The notes below the pieces were generated by a model. That model was not told the DNA's origin. It searched no databases and saw only the letters and a list, made by a program, of their open reading frames with translations. The position numbers and the translations under genes were made by a program. From positions 90,020 through 154,019 of the forward strand of contig CADAJN010000001.1 of assembly GCA_902788365.1 (NCBI GenBank): a DNA stretch of 64,000 nucleotides, given 5' to 3'. This DNA comes from an uncultured Pseudomonadota bacterium (GTDB taxonomy: Bacteria; Pseudomonadota; Alphaproteobacteria; RF32; CAG-239). The first letter of the stretch is position 1; each line of letters begins with the position of its first letter. Shown piece after piece: positions 60,255 to 64,000 of this stretch.

Positions 60255-60866
60255 TTAGAATGTATATCTAACACCGAGCAAAATTTCGTGGTCACGAGCG
60301 TTGATTTTAGCAACTTCTTCGCCGCCAAAACGGATACGACCCAAGTCAGCATAACGATAACCCAAATCTGCAGCCCAGTGAGAATTGAAGTCATAGGTCA
60401 AACCGCCCATAACTTGCCAAGCCAAACGATAGCCAGACTTAGCAATTTCGCCCAAATCAGCCTTCAAATAAGAAACGCCCATACCAGCACCCAAATACGG
60501 TGTCCACGGTGTGCATGTCAAATAATCAAAGTAAACATTAGCCATGAACGAATGTTTATAAAGTCTAAAGTGGTCAATTTCCAAATCGCCATCTTTTACC
60601 CAGTTGCGTTTAATGTCGCGAGAACCGTTCCATTCCAATTCGCCACGAACATAACCGGCACGAACACCATAAGCGAGGTGCGGATTAGCAACCAAAACTT
60701 TATTTAATTTCATATGTTCAACGGAAGCCATATCACCACCGCCGACTTTCATTTTAACTTTGTTGAAGTCATAAGACAATTTGCCAGATACATATTGGCT
60801 AACTTCAGCTTGTGCACTAGCGCTGAATAAGCAAGCCACACCAGCTAATAACAAAAATTTTTTCAT
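60255..60866 (-). CDS. Outer-membrane beta-barrel protein, Omp25/Omp31-like (OmpA-like barrel)
   Basis: Signal peptide ...ASAQA; alternating amphipathic strands; C-terminal LGVRYTF. Confidence 0.7.
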   Translation of the reverse strand: MKKFLLLAGVACLFSASAQAEVSQYVSGKLSYDFNKVKMKVGGGDMASVEHMKLNKVLVANPHLAYGVRAGYVRGELEWNGSRDIKRNWVKDGDLEIDHFRLYKHSFMANVYFDYLTCTPWTPYLGAGMGVSYLKADLGEIAKSGYRLAWQVMGGLTYDFNSHWAADLGYRYADLGRIRFGGEEVAKINARDHEILLGVRYTF

Positions 60867-61006
60867 ATTACATTCCTTTATTACTTGTTGAACAACAATA
60901 TACTTTCGTATTGTAACAGGGACACTTTAGACCTATAAAAATCATAAGTCAACCCCTTTTTATTAACTTTTTGAACAAAATATGCGTTTTATTATATTTT
61001 TCTTAC

Positions 61007-61774
61007 TTATTTATCTTGGTTTAATGCCCGCCACTCAAACCATTTGGCAATTTTCAGAAAGCGAAAATATGCATAGGTTGTGGCCATCCAAAAACCGCAG
61101 GTACCATATAAGAAATAGCGTTTTTTGAAGTAATAAATCAGAAATTGACGCGGAAATTCGGTATACAGACGTAAACGCGTATAATAACGTCCCTGCTCTA
61201 CGGCTGTTCTGACCAGTTCGTCGGTATACATATTGAGCTTAAACCAAATTTGCGTCAGCGAAACGTATGAATAGTGATATATGATGTTGTTCAGTTTTTT
61301 AATGATGGCACCGTCACCAACTACCACGCGATCATTAGTCAAATCTATCGGCATATTACATCTTTTGCGGTTATAAAGCCGCACTAAGTCGCTATAGGTT
61401 CTGGCAAATCGGCGCGGTTTTTTATCGCCCGGTAACATATCGCGAATTTTTATAATATAACCGTCGGCCGAAGGATTTTCCATTTCTTTTTTTATTTCGG
61501 CAATCAGCTCCGGCGACAACACCTCATCAGCATCAAGCGAGAGCACCCAATCATTATGGCACAGCTCTTGTCCAAAATGTTTTTGTGACGAAATATTCTT
61601 CCATTCGTGAAACACAAACTCAGCGCCGTTTTCCAGCGCAATTTCTTTAGTCTTATCTGTTGAACCGCTATCTACTACAAAGATTTCATCTGCAACCTGT
61701 TTGAGCGCCTGCAACGTGCGTCCCAAGCGTTTTTCTTCATTTAATGTCACAATATATGCTGATAATTTTACCAT
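61007..61774 (-). CDS. Family-2 glycosyltransferase (LPS/cell-surface)
   Basis: YIVTLNEEKRL...VVDSGSTDKT GT-A motifs; ATG 61774 with AAAGGGA RBS. Confidence 0.75.
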   Translation of the reverse strand: MVKLSAYIVTLNEEKRLGRTLQALKQVADEIFVVDSGSTDKTKEIALENGAEFVFHEWKNISSQKHFGQELCHNDWVLSLDADEVLSPELIAEIKKEMENPSADGYIIKIRDMLPGDKKPRRFARTYSDLVRLYNRKRCNMPIDLTNDRVVVGDGAIIKKLNNIIYHYSYVSLTQIWFKLNMYTDELVRTAVEQGRYYTRLRLYTEFPRQFLIYYFKKRYFLYGTCGFWMATTYAYFRFLKIAKWFEWRALNQDK

Positions 61775-61869
61775 TTTTACGTCCCTTTTTCGCATGATAA
61801 TTTATAACATTTCACACAACCTTGCAATAAAAAAATATAGCAATCAACAACTCGGAAATTTTTATCTAC

Positions 61870-61900
61870 TTGACAAAAAAATAAAATCAACCTAGAATAT
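61870..61900 (+). promoter_or_regulatory. Near-consensus sigma70 promoter TTGACA-18-TAGAAT
   Basis: cttgacaaaaaaataaaatcaacctagaatat upstream of ORF 61959. Confidence 0.5.
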
Positions 61901-61958
61901 ATTTAGCATTATATTATTAATTTTTTAAAGCCTCCGAACAGGCGGAGTAATTATAATT

Positions 61959-62306
61959 ATGGCAAAGGCTGTTTTTGAAGGATTTATCCTCAGTGTGAAC
62001 AAGACAGAAGGTGCTCAGCTGGGTGCTATTGTGCAGGTTGACTTTGTGCTTATGGTGCGTAGCTGCACAATGGAGTTACATAGGCGCAAAGCGGATAAAA
62101 GTTACTGGGAGCCGCTCAGGTTCAGCTGTCCGGCACGGGCGCCTTATAAGTTGCAGAACGCTTTTATCCGGCTGGAGGTCAGCAATTATGTGACCGTCAC
62201 CGTTGAAAAAGATAAGCAAGAATGGCGCGTAACAGACATTCGTTTTACAGCAGACGAAGCTAAGGATTTCCGCGCTTTGCTGGCTCTCAACGAGGAAATA
62301 CTCTAA
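61959..62306 (+). CDS. Hypothetical protein (115 aa), compositionally atypical (GC-richer, CTG/CAG/GGC-rich codons)
   Basis: ORF flanked by a strong promoter and a perfect 18-bp palindrome terminator; codon usage visibly unlike neighbours. Confidence 0.5.
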   Translation: MAKAVFEGFILSVNKTEGAQLGAIVQVDFVLMVRSCTMELHRRKADKSYWEPLRFSCPARAPYKLQNAFIRLEVSNYVTVTVEKDKQEWRVTDIRFTADEAKDFRALLALNEEIL

Positions 62307-62309
62307 AGG

Positions 62310-62349
62310 CTAAACAATAAAACCACCGAAAAATCGGTGGTTTTATTGT
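62310..62349. terminator. Bidirectional terminator: perfect 18-bp-stem palindrome
   Basis: aaacaataaaaccaccga aaaa tcggtggttttattgttt. Confidence 0.75.
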
Positions 62350-62368
62350 TTATAAGCAGGTTGCAAGC

Positions 62369-63193
62369 TTAAAATTCTTGCAGAACTTCAGCGCTCTCAT
62401 GCGCATTTTCGGCATTTATCATCGCGATTGTGTTATAGCCGCAGTCCACGTGCAAAACTTCACCGGTTACAGCCGCGCCCAAATCAGACAACAAACTCAA
62501 AGCCATATTACCGACTTCATCTTGGTGAACATTGCGACGAAGCGGCGCGTTCAGTTCATTCCAACGTAAAATCATACGGAAATCGCCAATTCCGGAAGCC
62601 GCCAACGTTTTAATCGGACCCGAAGAAATAGCATTAACACGAACGCCTTGTTTACCCATATCCATAGCGGCATAACGCACCGAAGCTTCCAGCGCGGCCT
62701 TTGCCACACCCATAATGTTGTAATTCGGTAATACACGCTCGGAGCCCAAATATGTCAGCGTTACAATAGAGCCGCCTTCGTTCATAATCGGCGAAGCGCA
62801 ACGGCAAGCTTCTAAGAACGAATAGCAGGAAATGTGCATCGTGTTCAAGAAGTTATCCAGTGTTGTATCAATGGTGCGACCGCGCAACTGATCTTTATCC
62901 GAAAAAGCAATGGCGTGCACCACAAAGTCAATTTTTCCCCATTTTTCGCCCAATTCCTTAAAACAAGCTTCTACCGAGGCCGAATCGGACACATCACATT
63001 TAATCAAAAGCGGATTATTGAGTTGTTCTGCCAAAGGCTTCACTCTTTTTTCAAGCATTTCGTTTTGATACGAAATCGCGATTTGAGCTCCTTGCTCGTT
63101 TAAGGCCTGAGCAATTCCCCAAGCAATTGATTTATCATTGGCAAGGCCCATAATTAAGCCTTTTTTGCCGCTCATAAGCTGTTGTAGTGCCAT
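62369..63193 (-). CDS. fabI: Enoyl-[acyl-carrier-protein] reductase (NADH) FabI
   Basis: SDR fold; GLANDKSIAWGIA cofactor motif; Y-x6-K catalytic region. Confidence 0.9.
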   Translation of the reverse strand: MALQQLMSGKKGLIMGLANDKSIAWGIAQALNEQGAQIAISYQNEMLEKRVKPLAEQLNNPLLIKCDVSDSASVEACFKELGEKWGKIDFVVHAIAFSDKDQLRGRTIDTTLDNFLNTMHISCYSFLEACRCASPIMNEGGSIVTLTYLGSERVLPNYNIMGVAKAALEASVRYAAMDMGKQGVRVNAISSGPIKTLAASGIGDFRMILRWNELNAPLRRNVHQDEVGNMALSLLSDLGAAVTGEVLHVDCGYNTIAMINAENAHESAEVLQEF

Positions 63194-63318
63194 TTGTTTA
63201 TCCTTTTTTAAGTTTACTATATTACGCTTTAGAACATACTAAGTTTCCAAAACGATACTTAGAGCGGAATGTATACAAGTTTATTTACTTTGTAAACCTT
63301 TTTTTGAAAGTTGTGAAG

Positions 63319-64000
63319 ATGATAACATGGCAAAAGTGGTCAGATTACAAAAAATTCAACAAGATTTTCTTTAAGCAGTTACACACACATCTGCGTGATA
63401 CGGCGCTGTTGCGGGTGGCCGCCGCGCTAAGCTACACATCGCTGATTGCTTTTGTGCCGCTGATTGCAATTGCCTTGGCGATTTTTGCCGCATTCCCGAT
63501 GTTTGCCGATGTGCGCGCGCAAGTGCAGGAATTTTTAATTCAATATATGGTACCCGATTTAGGACCGAATCTGCAACAATATATGGGCGAATTTGTCGGT
63601 GCGGCAGCCAAATTAACCACCATCGGCGTGGTCGGTTTGGCGGTGACCGCCATTTTAATGCTTTCTACCATAGAAAACAGCTTCAACTTTATTTTCAAAG
63701 TTAAAAAGCATCGGCGCATTGCCACCAAAGTTACGATGTATTGGACCATATTAACATTGTGCCCGTTGCTTTTGGGTGCAGCATTCTCGCTTAGAGGCTA
63801 TATGTTGACCATTAAATATTTTAATCCAGATGAAACCAGCAGCGGTTACATTATTACCTTGTTGTTGCATAATGCGCTGGCATTTTGCGCGTTGTTTTTA
63901 TCTTATGTGGTAGTGCCGAACAAAAAAGTGCGCCTTTCAAGCGCGTTTTGGGGCGCGGCTACGGCGTTTATTTTAATGGCTTTATTGCGCTTCGGTTTCG
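63319..64000 (+). CDS. yihY: YihY/BrkB-family membrane protein, 3'-truncated by window edge
   Basis: Open frame from ATG 63319 to the window end. It is absent from the ORF track because it has no stop. LSYTSLIAFVPLIAIALAIF is a typical YihY motif. Confidence 0.7.
   Translation, partial: MITWQKWSDYKKFNKIFFKQLHTHLRDTALLRVAAALSYTSLIAFVPLIAIALAIFAAFPMFADVRAQVQEFLIQYMVPDLGPNLQQYMGEFVGAAAKLTTIGVVGLAVTAILMLSTIENSFNFIFKVKKHRRIATKVTMYWTILTLCPLLLGAAFSLRGYMLTIKYFNPDETSSGYIITLLLHNALAFCALFLSYVVVPNKKVRLSSAFWGAATAFILMALLRFGF

Overview
The window opens inside dnaA, so it lies next to a chromosomal origin, and runs dnaA(partial)-dnaN-recF. The genome is low-GC (about 40%). The LPS-transport genes (fused lptC/A, lptB, lptD, lptF/G), IalB, an Omp25-like porin, HflKC and the truncated suf operon point to a reduced alphaproteobacterium, but this is uncertain.

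Most of the window is housekeeping:
- ptsN-hpf and lptB-lptC/A-kdsD;
- apbC, hflKC-htrA-holC, comF, sucCD, sufE-sufT-sufS;
- rsmA-surA-lptD-lptF/G; rpmB, rplI-rpsR-rpsF; rlmN; cca;
- a SemiSWEET-ROK kinase-anmK operon; eno; udg; valS; a rubrerythrin; dCMP deaminase; sulP; tag; fabI; yihY (3'-partial).

Two tRNA genes are present:
- tRNA-Arg(CCG), embedded in an array of tandem partial copies of itself;
- tRNA-Gly(GCC).

Several accessory or unusual loci stand out:
1. An AT-rich roughly 2.2 kb insert sits exactly where rpoN normally lies between lptB and hpf. It carries a 26-bp direct repeat bracketing an ATG-less ORF plus small multi-TM ORFs.
2. A nested array of tandem partial tRNA-Arg duplications.
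3. A type IV pilin-like gene is co-oriented with a 790-aa cysteine-rich secreted protein. That protein has 45-bp coding tandem repeats and a degenerate trypsin-like C-terminal domain. Both sit beside comM.
4. A block of hypothetical genes lies between eno and udg: three small multi-TM proteins, an orphan NarL-type regulator and two paralogous secreted proteins.
5. A highly structured, terminator-containing leader precedes a small ORF.
6. There are dispersed GGTG-TACAC-type short repeats.
7. One compositionally foreign small ORF.

No CRISPR array, transposase, integrase or rRNA was seen.
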